48,848 nt of DNA, from contig JAYEKN010000094.1 in NCBI GenBank assembly GCA_034661015.1, forward strand, positions 1,631-50,478. The letters run 5' to 3'. Each line of letters opens with the position of its first letter. Position 1 is the stretch's first letter. The position numbers and the translations under genes were made by a program. Origin of the DNA: Candidatus Cloacimonadota bacterium. Lineage in GTDB: Bacteria > Cloacimonadota > Cloacimonadia > JGIOTU-2. A model generated the notes under the pieces. The model made no database searches. It was given only the letters and a program-made list of their open reading frames with translations, and was not told the DNA's origin. Shown here in pieces: positions 1-9,059 of this stretch.

Positions 1-1
1 A

Positions 2-1306
2 CAAAAAATATTTGAAATTTCCGAAGCAGACGAAACAGAAATTTTTATCTCAAAATCAAAACATGCTTTAACGCGATTCGCAAATAATTATATTCATCAG
101 AATGTAGATAATGAATCTAACAGCATTCGCATAAGAACTATAATCGGGAAGAAAACAGCTAGCGCTTCTACAAATTCTTTCACCGAAAACGCTCTGAAAA
201 AAACATTGGCAAATGCAATAGATGCCACTAAATTGCAGCATGAGAATCAAAAACTACTACCACTTTTGCCAGCTCAAGAATATAAGCCGAAAGACAATTT
301 TTCAGAAGCAACTAAAAATTTTACTGCCAAAAAACGTGCTGAAATGGTCTCTAAGGCTGTAACTCTTTGTAAAAAAAATAAAATGGAAGCATCCGGTATT
401 TTTTCAAATTTTTTGCAGGAATTTGCAATTGCCAACTCAAACGGTTTGTTCGCTTATGACCGTTCAACTGAGACAGAATTCAGTATTACAGCAATAGACG
501 GAATTGCATCTGGTTGGAATGAAATTCTGAGAAAAGATGTGAATGATGTGGATGTGGAAAAATCCGCTATGATCGCCATTGAAAAAGCAAACTTGAGCAA
601 ATATCCAAATAAAATTGACCCGGGCAAATATGATGTGATTCTCGAACCGGCTGCAGTGGCGGAAATTATTATGTTTTTACTATGGAAAGGTTTCAACGGA
701 ATGGATTATATGGAAGGGACATCTTTTTTAAAAGCGAATTTGAACAAGAAAGTGTTTAGCGACAATTTCTCCATTATTGATGACCCTTTCGATCAGGAAA
801 TCACCTGCCAGCCTTTTGATTATGAAGGTTCACCTATCCAAAAAGTAATCTTGGTTGAAAAGGGGATTCCAAAAAACTTTGTTACAAATCGTTGGATTGC
901 AAAACAAACCGGAGTGGAAAACAATTGCCATGCGATTCCCCTACCGCAGCAAGGTGCTTATCCATTTGCAATGTCTGTGAAAAATGGTACAAGTTCTCTA
1001 AATAAGATGATTGAAAATTCATCCAAAGCAATTTTGGTAACCCACTTTCATTATTCAAATCTGATTGATCCAATGGAATTGGTGATTACCGGAATGACAC
1101 GAGATGGATTATTTTTGGTAGAAGACGGGAAAATTTCTAAACCATTGAAAAATATGAGATTTACCGATAGCGTTTTAAAAATCTTTTCCAATATCGAAGA
1201 AATTAGTCAAAACCGAGAATTTGCCGGTGGCTTTTTTGGGGGTGGCTTCTTGGTCCCAGCTATGAAAATCTCCAATTTTAATTTTTCCAGTTCCACAGAA
1301 TTTTAA
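2..1306 (+). CDS. TldD/PmbA family (metallo)protease-like protein, 5' partial
   Basis: The reading frame is open from the window edge; the ORF track starts at an internal TTG at 206. The upstream translation reads ...HALTRFANNYIHQNVDNESNSIRIRTI. C-terminal part: LVTHFHYSNLIDPMELVITGMTRDGLFLVEDGKI...FTDSVLKIF...GGFLVPAMKISNFNFSS, typical of the PmbA/TldD fold. Confidence 0.8.
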   Translation, partial: QKIFEISEADETEIFISKSKHALTRFANNYIHQNVDNESNSIRIRTIIGKKTASASTNSFTENALKKTLANAIDATKLQHENQKLLPLLPAQEYKPKDNFSEATKNFTAKKRAEMVSKAVTLCKKNKMEASGIFSNFLQEFAIANSNGLFAYDRSTETEFSITAIDGIASGWNEILRKDVNDVDVEKSAMIAIEKANLSKYPNKIDPGKYDVILEPAAVAEIIMFLLWKGFNGMDYMEGTSFLKANLNKKVFSDNFSIIDDPFDQEITCQPFDYEGSPIQKVILVEKGIPKNFVTNRWIAKQTGVENNCHAIPLPQQGAYPFAMSVKNGTSSLNKMIENSSKAILVTHFHYSNLIDPMELVITGMTRDGLFLVEDGKISKPLKNMRFTDSVLKIFSNIEEISQNREFAGGFFGGGFLVPAMKISNFNFSSSTEF

Positions 1307-1491
1307 CCAAAATCTTGAGTTGAATCACCAACTGTAGAGTTGATAAAAGTCTTCTTCAATATTGCACTTAACTTAAATAATTTTTTATCTGAATTTAACT
1401 ACTCAATATTTAGGTGATATATTTTAACAAATCTTGACAACAAAATATTCATTGATGTTTTTTAAAAAAAATTCATAAAACAGGAGTAACT

Positions 1492-2700
1492 ATGTATTTA
1501 GATTTACAGAACGTATTCTCAGACCGTGCCAAAGGCATGAAAAAATCAATAATCCGCGAATTGCTAAAACTAACCGCAAAACCTGAAATAATTTCTTTTG
1601 CCGGTGGTTTGCCATCTCCTCAATCTTTTCCAGTTGAAGAGGTAAAAGAAGTGGTCAATGAAATTTTGATAAACGAGCCGGAAATTGCTCTTCAATATGG
1701 TTCTACAGAGGGTGATAAAGTCCTTGTTGATCAACTTATCATACATTCAAAAAATGCAGGAATGGACATCACAAACAAGAATTTACTTGTTACTACATCC
1801 TCCCAGCAAGGGCTTGATCTTATTTCAAAAATTTTTATTAATCCCGGAGATAAAGTAATCGTGGAACTACCTTCATATGTTGGTGGGTTGGGTGCATTCA
1901 ATGCCTATCAAGCAAAAATGATTGGAGTTCCACAGGATGAAGATGGGATGAGTGCAATAATTTTGCGTGAAAAATTGGCAGAATTAAAACAAAAAGGTGA
2001 AAAACCAAAATTCATTTACATTGTTCCGGATTTCCAAAATCCTGCCGGAATGACTATGACTTTGGAACGTAGAAAAGAAATTCTGGCAATTGCTTCAGAA
2101 TATAAAGTGCTGGTGATTGAAGATAGCCCCTACCGTGAATTACGCTTTGAAGGCGAACATGTGCCCACGATGTATTCCCTTGATGACAAAGGAATCGTTC
2201 TTCTGCTTGGAACATTTTCAAAAATTTTCGCACCCGGTTTCCGAATTGGTTGGATCATTGCCCATCCTGATATCATCAATAAACTTGTTATTGCAAAGCA
2301 ATCTACTGATCTTTGTGCCCCAACTTTTTCACAACGTATTATAGGTCGTTTTATGGAAAAGGGTTACCTGCAAAAAAATATTAAAAAAATTATCGAAATG
2401 TATAGAGAAAAACGCAATCTCATCGTTGAATACTTTGAAAAACACATGCCCGATGGTGTTTCTTGGACAGTTCCGGAAGGTGGCTTATTCTTGCTCGTAA
2501 CAATGCCCAAGGGATATGATTCGGAAATTTTATTCAAGGAAGCTATTGAACAAAATGTGGCTTTTGTGATCGGTTCTGCATTCAATTGTGATGATTCCGG
2601 AAAAAACACAATGCGGATTAATTTCTCCTATGCCACGATTGAGCAAATCAAAGAAGGCACAAAACGTCTCGCCCAAACTATAAGGGATCATAAAAAGTAA
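1492..2700 (+). CDS. PLP-dependent aminotransferase, class I/II fold (ARO8/LysN-like)
   Basis: N-terminal IIRELLKL...ISFAGGLPSPQSFP. The FSKIFAPGFRIGW segment carries the PLP-lysine. AGGAG lies 8 nt upstream of the ATG. Confidence 0.85.
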   Translation: MYLDLQNVFSDRAKGMKKSIIRELLKLTAKPEIISFAGGLPSPQSFPVEEVKEVVNEILINEPEIALQYGSTEGDKVLVDQLIIHSKNAGMDITNKNLLVTTSSQQGLDLISKIFINPGDKVIVELPSYVGGLGAFNAYQAKMIGVPQDEDGMSAIILREKLAELKQKGEKPKFIYIVPDFQNPAGMTMTLERRKEILAIASEYKVLVIEDSPYRELRFEGEHVPTMYSLDDKGIVLLLGTFSKIFAPGFRIGWIIAHPDIINKLVIAKQSTDLCAPTFSQRIIGRFMEKGYLQKNIKKIIEMYREKRNLIVEYFEKHMPDGVSWTVPEGGLFLLVTMPKGYDSEILFKEAIEQNVAFVIGSAFNCDDSGKNTMRINFSYATIEQIKEGTKRLAQTIRDHKK

Positions 2701-2730
2701 ATTAATTTCTTAGATTAATTCAATAAGTAA

Positions 2731-2776
2731 AACTTAGGTCAATCCGGCAACTCGCTGATTGACTTAAGTTTTCTTT
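2731..2776 (+). terminator. Rho-independent terminator hairpin after the aminotransferase gene
   Basis: aacttaggtcaatc / 12-nt loop / gattgacttaagtt (14-bp stem with one G-U), followed by ttttctttg. Confidence 0.7.
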
Positions 2777-2836
2777 GATTACAAACCATGCTGAAACAAA
2801 ATTTGTACACACCTTAACCAACCACAAATTTATTTT

Positions 2837-4036
2837 ATGAACAGAATTCTTCATCTGACTAATCAAAACGAAATTATTACCGAAATGAAAAAAGTCGGAG
2901 TTTCATCACAAGGAATTCGGGCGATGTCTGACAAAGCGTTCGGCTTGGTAATCAAATTGAAACACGTTAAAACAGGTGCTGCCAATATAATCAAGCAAGA
3001 TATGCTCAGTCTTGGTGGAGATGCTGCTGTAGCAAGAGGTGTAGTCAATGGTCAGATAGAACGCTCTGATGTGATAATTCTCGGAAACGAAAATAATATA
3101 AAAAAATTGCTAAACAAATTATCCCATCAAAACATTTTTGAAATTCCCGAATTGCGTAAAGATATTCAACAACTTCTTTATCTGAGAAATAAACAGCAGG
3201 AAAAATTCATTAATGCTCGGGGATACCAACTTAATCTAAATCGGACCTTGATTATGGGCATTGTAAATATTTCTCCTGATTCTTTTTATGATGGAGGAAA
3301 ACATAATCGGAAAGATGAAGCCATTTTACACATCGAAAAAATGATTGAAAACGGAGCGGACATAATTGATATTGGGGGTGAATCCACTCGTCCGTTTGCA
3401 ACAAAAATTTCTGTAGCCGAAGAATTAGAACGCATAATGCCAATTATCGAAGAATCTCTAAAAAAATTCGACATTCCCCTATCAGTTGATACATACAAAT
3501 CCGAAGTTGCAAAAAAGGCTCTCCAAACTGGAGTGCATATTATAAATGACATAAGCGGTTTGAATTTTGACAAAAAAATGGCCTCAACCATCGCACAATA
3601 TTCCGATGTTCCTGTCGTTGTCATGCATATTCAGGGCACTCCCCAAAATATGCAAAAAAATCCTAAATACAACGATGTGATTGAAGATATTATTGATTTT
3701 TTATCTCGAAGCATTCAAATCGGTGAAAATGCCGGAATAAATCAAAATAATTTTATCATTGATCCCGGCATAGGATTCGGTAAAACCGTTTTGCATAACA
3801 TGGAAATCATAAAACGGATATCGGAATTCAAATGTCTTGGCAAGCCGATTTTACTTGGATGTTCAAATAAAAGTTTTATCGGAAAAATTCTAAAATCGGA
3901 GAAATCAGAAAGACTTGAAGGCACCTTAGCCGTAAACAGTTACGGAATAATGAATGGAGTAAATATCCTTCGAGTGCATGAAGTGAGGGAAAACAAAAAA
4001 ATGGCTCAAATGATAGACGCTTTAAGGAAAACATAA
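2837..4036 (+). CDS. folP: Dihydropteroate synthase with an extra N-terminal domain of about 135 aa
   Basis: DHPS signature IMGIVNISPDSFYDGG, then DIIDIGGESTRP, INDISG and DPGIGFGK. The catalytic domain starts near aa 138; the N-terminal 135 aa (GAANIIKQDMLSLGGDAAV...) are additional. Confidence 0.9.
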   Translation: MNRILHLTNQNEIITEMKKVGVSSQGIRAMSDKAFGLVIKLKHVKTGAANIIKQDMLSLGGDAAVARGVVNGQIERSDVIILGNENNIKKLLNKLSHQNIFEIPELRKDIQQLLYLRNKQQEKFINARGYQLNLNRTLIMGIVNISPDSFYDGGKHNRKDEAILHIEKMIENGADIIDIGGESTRPFATKISVAEELERIMPIIEESLKKFDIPLSVDTYKSEVAKKALQTGVHIINDISGLNFDKKMASTIAQYSDVPVVVMHIQGTPQNMQKNPKYNDVIEDIIDFLSRSIQIGENAGINQNNFIIDPGIGFGKTVLHNMEIIKRISEFKCLGKPILLGCSNKSFIGKILKSEKSERLEGTLAVNSYGIMNGVNILRVHEVRENKKMAQMIDALRKT

Positions 4037-4037
4037 T

Positions 4038-4784
4038 ATGAGTTTTCTTACTCCAAGCTTTTTTGATATCCTTGATATTCTGATAGTAACCTATATTTTC
4101 TATCGGATTGTAATGTTATTTAAAGGTTCAAAAACATATCATATAATTTGGTCTCTCGTTGTTCTTTTGATATTCTACTTTTTGGCGGAATTTCTAAATC
4201 TTTCTTTACTCGGTTCAATTGTCAAAATCTTTAAAGATTCATGGTTTCTGATAATAATAATTCTTTTCCAGCAAGAAATTCGTGCCAGCTTGGTTAAAGT
4301 TGGGCAAAACGCTTTTTTTCAGGGCATATTCCCTCCGCAAAAAACTTTTGAGTTCACAGAATTGCTTAATGCAATCCGCACAATGTCCCACAATCGCATC
4401 GGAGGAATTTTTGTAATTGTTCTAAAAGTCGGAATAGACGACTATATAATGACAGGTGAAAAAATTGATGCGTCTATTTCCGAAAAATTAATACTCACAA
4501 TCTTTAACGAGAGGACAATTTTACATGATGGTTCAATCGTGATTCAAGACAACCGTATAGTAGCAGCAAAAGTAATTCTTCCTTTAACTACCCAAAAAAA
4601 GTATGTGCATGAATTCGGAACGCGTCATCAGGCTGGTATAGGGATTTCCGAACAAACTGATGCTTTCGTCATACTCGTTTCAGAAGAAACCGGGAAGATT
4701 TCCACTGTGAAGAACGGCTTGATCCACGAAGATATTTCCATAGATATACTTTCACAGAAATTGCATGATGAAACTGGCGAATAA
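4038..4784 (+). CDS. cdaA: Diadenylate cyclase CdaA-type (three N-terminal TM helices plus DAC domain)
   Basis: N-terminal hydrophobic helices. DAC-domain motifs LHDGSIVI (canonical DGA) and GTRHQAGIGISEQTDAFVILVSEETGKIS (canonical RHR). The start codon is 1 nt after the folP stop. Confidence 0.85.
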   Translation: MSFLTPSFFDILDILIVTYIFYRIVMLFKGSKTYHIIWSLVVLLIFYFLAEFLNLSLLGSIVKIFKDSWFLIIIILFQQEIRASLVKVGQNAFFQGIFPPQKTFEFTELLNAIRTMSHNRIGGIFVIVLKVGIDDYIMTGEKIDASISEKLILTIFNERTILHDGSIVIQDNRIVAAKVILPLTTQKKYVHEFGTRHQAGIGISEQTDAFVILVSEETGKISTVKNGLIHEDISIDILSQKLHDETGE

Positions 4785-5364
4785 AACCGTAATAGGATTA
4801 ACCGGTGGAATTGGATGTGGTAAATCAACTGCAACCAATTTTTTTTTAGAAAAATCAATTCCAATTATTGATGCGGATAAATTGGGGCATAAAATTTTGG
4901 AAGAAATTAAAATAAAGAATGAACTTGTTTTTTCCTTCGGAAAGATAATCTTAGCTGATGGGGAAATTAGTAGGAAAAAATTAGGAAAACTTGTTTTCAG
5001 TGATAAATCCAAATTAGAAAAATTGAATGAAATTGTTCATCCCGTTTTGATAGAAAGAATCCAACAACGAGTAAATTCTCTGCACAATCGTTTCGTGATA
5101 ATTGATGCTGCCCTATTGCTGGACTGGGAAACGGACAATCTTTGTGATTTTATCGTTATTATTAAAGCTGAATATGAAACTAGGGTAAAGCGATTAGAAA
5201 ATTATAAAAATCTTTCCAGAGAAGATGCAGAAGCAAGAATACGAGCTCAAAAATTTGATACAAGCAAATGCGATTTTTTGATTTCTAATAATTCCACTAA
5301 GCATGAATTTTATAGTAAATTGGAAATTGTCTGGAAGAAAATTATAGATTATTCGGGTGGTTAG
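4765..5364 (+). CDS. coaE: Dephospho-CoA kinase
   Basis: P-loop IGLTGGIGCGKST, size of about 200 aa, and a 20-nt overlap with the cdaA 3' end. Confidence 0.9.
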   Translation: MMKLANKTVIGLTGGIGCGKSTATNFFLEKSIPIIDADKLGHKILEEIKIKNELVFSFGKIILADGEISRKKLGKLVFSDKSKLEKLNEIVHPVLIERIQQRVNSLHNRFVIIDAALLLDWETDNLCDFIVIIKAEYETRVKRLENYKNLSREDAEARIRAQKFDTSKCDFLISNNSTKHEFYSKLEIVWKKIIDYSGG

Positions 5365-5393
5365 AAAACCGAAAACAGGGGAATTTTACTTAA

Positions 5394-5633
5394 GTAGTGT
5401 GCATTCGTAAACTCGCATTTTTGCAATGATTCTCCGAATGTGATTCGACGCAGATAAACACTGATTATGCTGATGAACCCCTGTTGAATATTAAAATACA
5501 AAGCATTCAACGGGGCAGACGCTGATATTACACTTTTTACAAAAAAATTTTATCTTGCGAAAATCGGTTTTTTCAGTGTTCATCTGCGTCGAATCCCTAC
5601 TTTACGGATGCACCCTATGTAGTGTGCATTCGT
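5394..5633. repeat. Nested-palindrome intergenic element flanked by a 15-bp direct repeat (MITE/REP-like; probably also a bidirectional terminator)
   Basis: Direct repeat gtagtgtgcattcgt at 5394-5408 and 5619-5633. Outer inverted repeat gattcgacgcagataaacactga (5442-5464) pairs with tcagtgttcatctgcgtcgaatc (5573-5595), 23 bp with 1 mismatch. Inner hairpin cccctgttgaat (5478-5489) pairs with attcaacgggg (5505-5515). Confidence 0.7.
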
Positions 5634-6709
5634 GAATTAGCTTTTCCGCTTCTTTTATAAATTTGGGCTAAAATTTCTGCAACTATTTCATAAAATTCTG
5701 CCGGAATCTCTTTACCCACTTCTGTAACTGGAAATAAACTGCGCGTTAGTTCGGGTTTTTCCAGTACAGGAATATTATTTTCTTTGGCAATTTGGGCAAT
5801 TCTTATGGCAATTTTGAGTTTTCCTTTTGCAAGCACCATTGGAGCGGACATCTTTTTCGGATCATATTTTAGAGCAATCGCATAATGGGTTGGATTTGTA
5901 AGTATCACATCCGCATCAGGCACGCTTCTCATCATTCTGCGTCGCGATAATATTATTTGAATTTTGCGAATTTTTCTCCGTATTTCCGGATTTCCAATCA
6001 ATTCTTTTTGCTCTTCCCGAACTTCTTGAGGAGTCATCCGCAGGTTCTTTCGATAATCGTAACGTTGGTAAATAAAATCAATAATTGCAAGAATTAAAAT
6101 TGCAAAACCGCATCGAAACCCAAGAGTGAGTGCTGTGTTGGAAATGTGTTTGAAAATCTGCCAAGAGGTGCGATCAGCAACCGATAATATTTTCCCCAAC
6201 TCAGATTTTAAAGTCAGATAGGCAATTACTCCCACTATGGATATCTTTAAAATTGTTTTTACAACCTCAAAAAGATTTTTCAGACTAAACAGTTTTTTAA
6301 ATCCATTCACCGGATTGATTCGGGAAAAATCCGGGTTAAGTGGCTTAGTGGCAAAAACAAAACCTGTTTGGATAAAATTGATCAGTAATCCCACCAGAAA
6401 AAGTGTTCCGAAAATTGGAAATAAAATACTTAAAGTATATAAAATTATTTTGGGAGCAAAAAGAAGGAATGAATTTATATTAAGTTCAAAATTTGATGAA
6501 AGAGTAAAAATCCGTTGAAAAGAATTGGTTATATTTTCCATTAAAGTTCCAGAAATTAAGTAGAAAAGCAACAATGAGCTGAGAAGAATTGCGGCAGAAT
6601 TCAAATCTGTACTTTTTGCTACATTCCCCTCTTCCCGGGCTTTCCGCAACCTATATGGAGTAGGTTCTTCTGTTTTTTCCTCTTTGGTTCTATCGTTATT
6701 TTCAGCCAT
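5615..6709 (-). CDS. flhB: Flagellar export apparatus protein FlhB
   Basis: N-terminal EEKTEEPTPYRLRKAREEGNVAKS, four TM segments, and the autocleavage motif NPTHYAIALKY. Confidence 0.95.
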   Translation of the reverse strand: MAENNDRTKEEKTEEPTPYRLRKAREEGNVAKSTDLNSAAILLSSLLLFYLISGTLMENITNSFQRIFTLSSNFELNINSFLLFAPKIILYTLSILFPIFGTLFLVGLLINFIQTGFVFATKPLNPDFSRINPVNGFKKLFSLKNLFEVVKTILKISIVGVIAYLTLKSELGKILSVADRTSWQIFKHISNTALTLGFRCGFAILILAIIDFIYQRYDYRKNLRMTPQEVREEQKELIGNPEIRRKIRKIQIILSRRRMMRSVPDADVILTNPTHYAIALKYDPKKMSAPMVLAKGKLKIAIRIAQIAKENNIPVLEKPELTRSLFPVTEVGKEIPAEFYEIVAEILAQIYKRSGKANSRMHTT

Positions 6710-6715
6710 AATTTT

Positions 6716-7498
6716 TTACCCCGAACCTAATATTTTAATAATTGTTATTACATTTACAGAAAAATAGTTATAAGTTCTAGAAAAAATATAGCGTAAAAAC
6801 GGCATTGAATACATAAGAATAAATATCCCAATCCCAATTTTCAGCGGAAAACTCACCATGAAAATATTCATCTGAGGTGCAACTCTTGTGATAAATCCAA
6901 AAGAAATTTCAACCAAGAGTAAAGTTGCCATAATCGGGAAAGCTATTTGAAGCGCAAATATAAAAGTTGCTTGAAAAAGCCCAGTAAGATTATTAAGTAA
7001 GGATTGTCCGGCAAAAAGATTTCCGAATGGAATTTTCTCGAATGAATAAATCAATGACTCTATCAAACGATGCTGACCGTTGATCGCAAAAAAAATAAGC
7101 ATGCCTGCGATAAAATATAATTCCGAAATTATCGGAGTTTGCGATCCGTCATTGGGATCTATCACTGATGCGACAAAAAATCCCATTTGAAAACCGGTTA
7201 TACTTCCGGCAATTCTAAGACTAAAAAAGAGCAAATGCCACACAAAAGCCACGGTTATGCCAATAAAAATTTCCTGAACTGCCAGGATAAAAAATTGTAA
7301 TATATTTTGAAGAGGAAAAATAGCAGAACTCGTTGCAATTGTGGGGAATAAAATGTAAGCAATGAATAAAGAAATTGCAATCTTAATTTTTCCCGGAATC
7401 ATTTTGGATGAAAAAACCGGCATCAAAATCAGCATTGTGCTTACTCGAAAAAGAATAAGCAGAAATACCTCGATCTTTTCTAAAGGAATTTCAGGCAT
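6716..7498 (-). CDS. fliR: Flagellar export apparatus protein FliR
   Basis: 260-aa polytopic membrane protein located between fliQ and flhB. Contains LLILFRVS...MPVFS and FALQIAFPIMATLLLVEISFGFITRVAPQMNIF. Confidence 0.92.
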   Translation of the reverse strand: MPEIPLEKIEVFLLILFRVSTMLILMPVFSSKMIPGKIKIAISLFIAYILFPTIATSSAIFPLQNILQFFILAVQEIFIGITVAFVWHLLFFSLRIAGSITGFQMGFFVASVIDPNDGSQTPIISELYFIAGMLIFFAINGQHRLIESLIYSFEKIPFGNLFAGQSLLNNLTGLFQATFIFALQIAFPIMATLLLVEISFGFITRVAPQMNIFMVSFPLKIGIGIFILMYSMPFLRYIFSRTYNYFSVNVITIIKILGSG

Positions 7499-7563
7499 AT
7501 TTTTACCTATGGATTTTCTAATCCGCCGATGTTTGCTTTTTCATCGGAACTTTTTATTCAGCC

Positions 7564-7833
7564 TTATCTGGCAACCTGAATTATGTAGCGAAACAGCATT
7601 CTCGTAAAGGAAACAAATGAACTGGTAGCCCAAGGTAAAATTAGAATCACGACAAGCGCAGTAGCCAAAATTTTTGGGATAAAAGTCAAGGTAAATTCCT
7701 GTACTGAAGTTACTACCTGAAAAATACTGATAATTAGCCCCACGACCAAACTTGTAAGCAAGATGGGTGCGGTAACAGTCATACCGATTTTAATTGTTTC
7801 CTGCAGTAAATTGAGTGCTAATTGCTGTGACAT
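7564..7833 (-). CDS. fliQ: Flagellar export apparatus protein FliQ
   Basis: 89 aa with two TM helices, ...APILLTSLVVGLIISIFQVVTSVQEFTLTFIPK. Its start overlaps the fliP stop (TAATG). Confidence 0.95.
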   Translation of the reverse strand: MSQQLALNLLQETIKIGMTVTAPILLTSLVVGLIISIFQVVTSVQEFTLTFIPKILATALVVILILPWATSSFVSFTRMLFRYIIQVAR

Positions 7834-8567
7834 TATTTAAAACCTGACATTAATGAACCCACCAGCAAATACCAGCCATCTGCCAGCACAAAGACAAGCA
7901 CTTTCATTGGTAGCGAGATCATCATTGGTGGAAGCATCATCATTCCCATAGAAAGCAGGACACTACTCACAATAATATCTATCATTAAAAAAGGAAGATA
8001 CAGGATAAAACCAATCTGAAAAGCAATTCGCAATTCACTTATCATAAATGCGGGAATCATTATCGTAAGGGGTAAATCTTCACGCGTTTCCGGTTTAGGC
8101 ATTTGATAATGCTTGATAAATAATTGTATGTCCTTTTGTCTCGTTTGCTTATACATGAAATTTTTTATCCCGGTTTCAGCTACTTTAAGAGCTTCTTTCT
8201 GAGTAATTTTCTTTTCCATGTAGGGCTGGAGAGCATTTTTATTTATATTAGATAAAACAGGAGACATGATGAAAAATGTGAGAAATAATGACAAACCGAT
8301 GAGTATCTGGCTTGGTAATTGATTTAATCCCAAAGCTCGTTTTACGAATTGAAACACAATGATCAGGCGAGTAAAAGAGGTCATCATTATCAATATGGAA
8401 GGTATCAGAGTGAGTACGGTTAACAAACCGAGAATTTTTAATGAGACCGCTACGTTTTCCGGGGAATCACTTGTAGCCAAATCTAAACTAACACCGGGAA
8501 TTGGGGCAGCTACGAGGGGAGCAACTAACATAATGAGTAGTAATGAAAATACTGTGATTTTTTTCAT
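7833..8567 (-). CDS. fliP: Flagellar export apparatus protein FliP
   Basis: Signal peptide, then TVLTLIPSILIMMTSFTRLIIVFQFVKRALGLNQLPSQILIGLSLFLTFFIMSPV and ...PAFMISELRIAFQIGF. Confidence 0.95.
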   Translation of the reverse strand: MKKITVFSLLLIMLVAPLVAAPIPGVSLDLATSDSPENVAVSLKILGLLTVLTLIPSILIMMTSFTRLIIVFQFVKRALGLNQLPSQILIGLSLFLTFFIMSPVLSNINKNALQPYMEKKITQKEALKVAETGIKNFMYKQTRQKDIQLFIKHYQMPKPETREDLPLTIMIPAFMISELRIAFQIGFILYLPFLMIDIIVSSVLLSMGMMMLPPMMISLPMKVLVFVLADGWYLLVGSLMSGFK

Positions 8568-9058
8568 TGTCTTTTTTTCAATATTTTTTGAAATTTTGAA
8601 CTAACGCGTTTTGAAATATTTTGGGAGTCGTTCGAGAATTTCTGCAATGTTTCAGAATCTGTTATTTTTGTAATCAGATTGATATTATTATCAGAGCTCC
8701 CAAGAACGTAGATCTCTTCAAACATTTTAAGAAATAATATTTTTTTCTTTTGGTCAATATAGAGCGTGTGTACTACTTTTATATCATCGGTAGGAACAGA
8801 TTTGCCATATTGAGAAATGCGGAATTTTTTTATAAGATAAATAAAGAGAATGAATAATGCGATTATAAGCAGGAAAAACAAAAACAATTTTCCCATTCCT
8901 TCTACTCCGGAATAATCTACTGATACGAGGCTATCTGCAGGGAGTTGATCCTCTTGTCCCATTAGAATTAGCGGGAAGAAACTGGCAACTAATGTGATTA
9001 AAAAACGTATTATTCTCCCGTAAAAAATCTGTTTTAGGCATAATTTTCGGTTTGGCAT
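8564..9058 (-). CDS. fliO: FliO/FliZ-like flagellar biosynthesis protein
   Basis: Lies immediately upstream of fliP with an ATGA overlap. Has a TM helix (LFLFFLLIIALFILFIYLI) followed by IKVVHTLYIDQKKKILFLKMFEEIYVLGSS. The true start may be an internal Met. Confidence 0.65.
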   Translation of the reverse strand: MPNRKLCLKQIFYGRIIRFLITLVASFFPLILMGQEDQLPADSLVSVDYSGVEGMGKLFLFFLLIIALFILFIYLIKKFRISQYGKSVPTDDIKVVHTLYIDQKKKILFLKMFEEIYVLGSSDNNINLITKITDSETLQKFSNDSQNISKRVSSKFQKILKKRQ

Positions 9059-9059
9059 G

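Noticed and set aside
5394-5633. Autonomous mobile element (IS or transposon) at the coaE/flhB junction
   Set aside because: There is no transposase or any ORF inside it, and it is only about 240 bp long. At most it is a non-autonomous MITE/REP-type element, which is how I report it.
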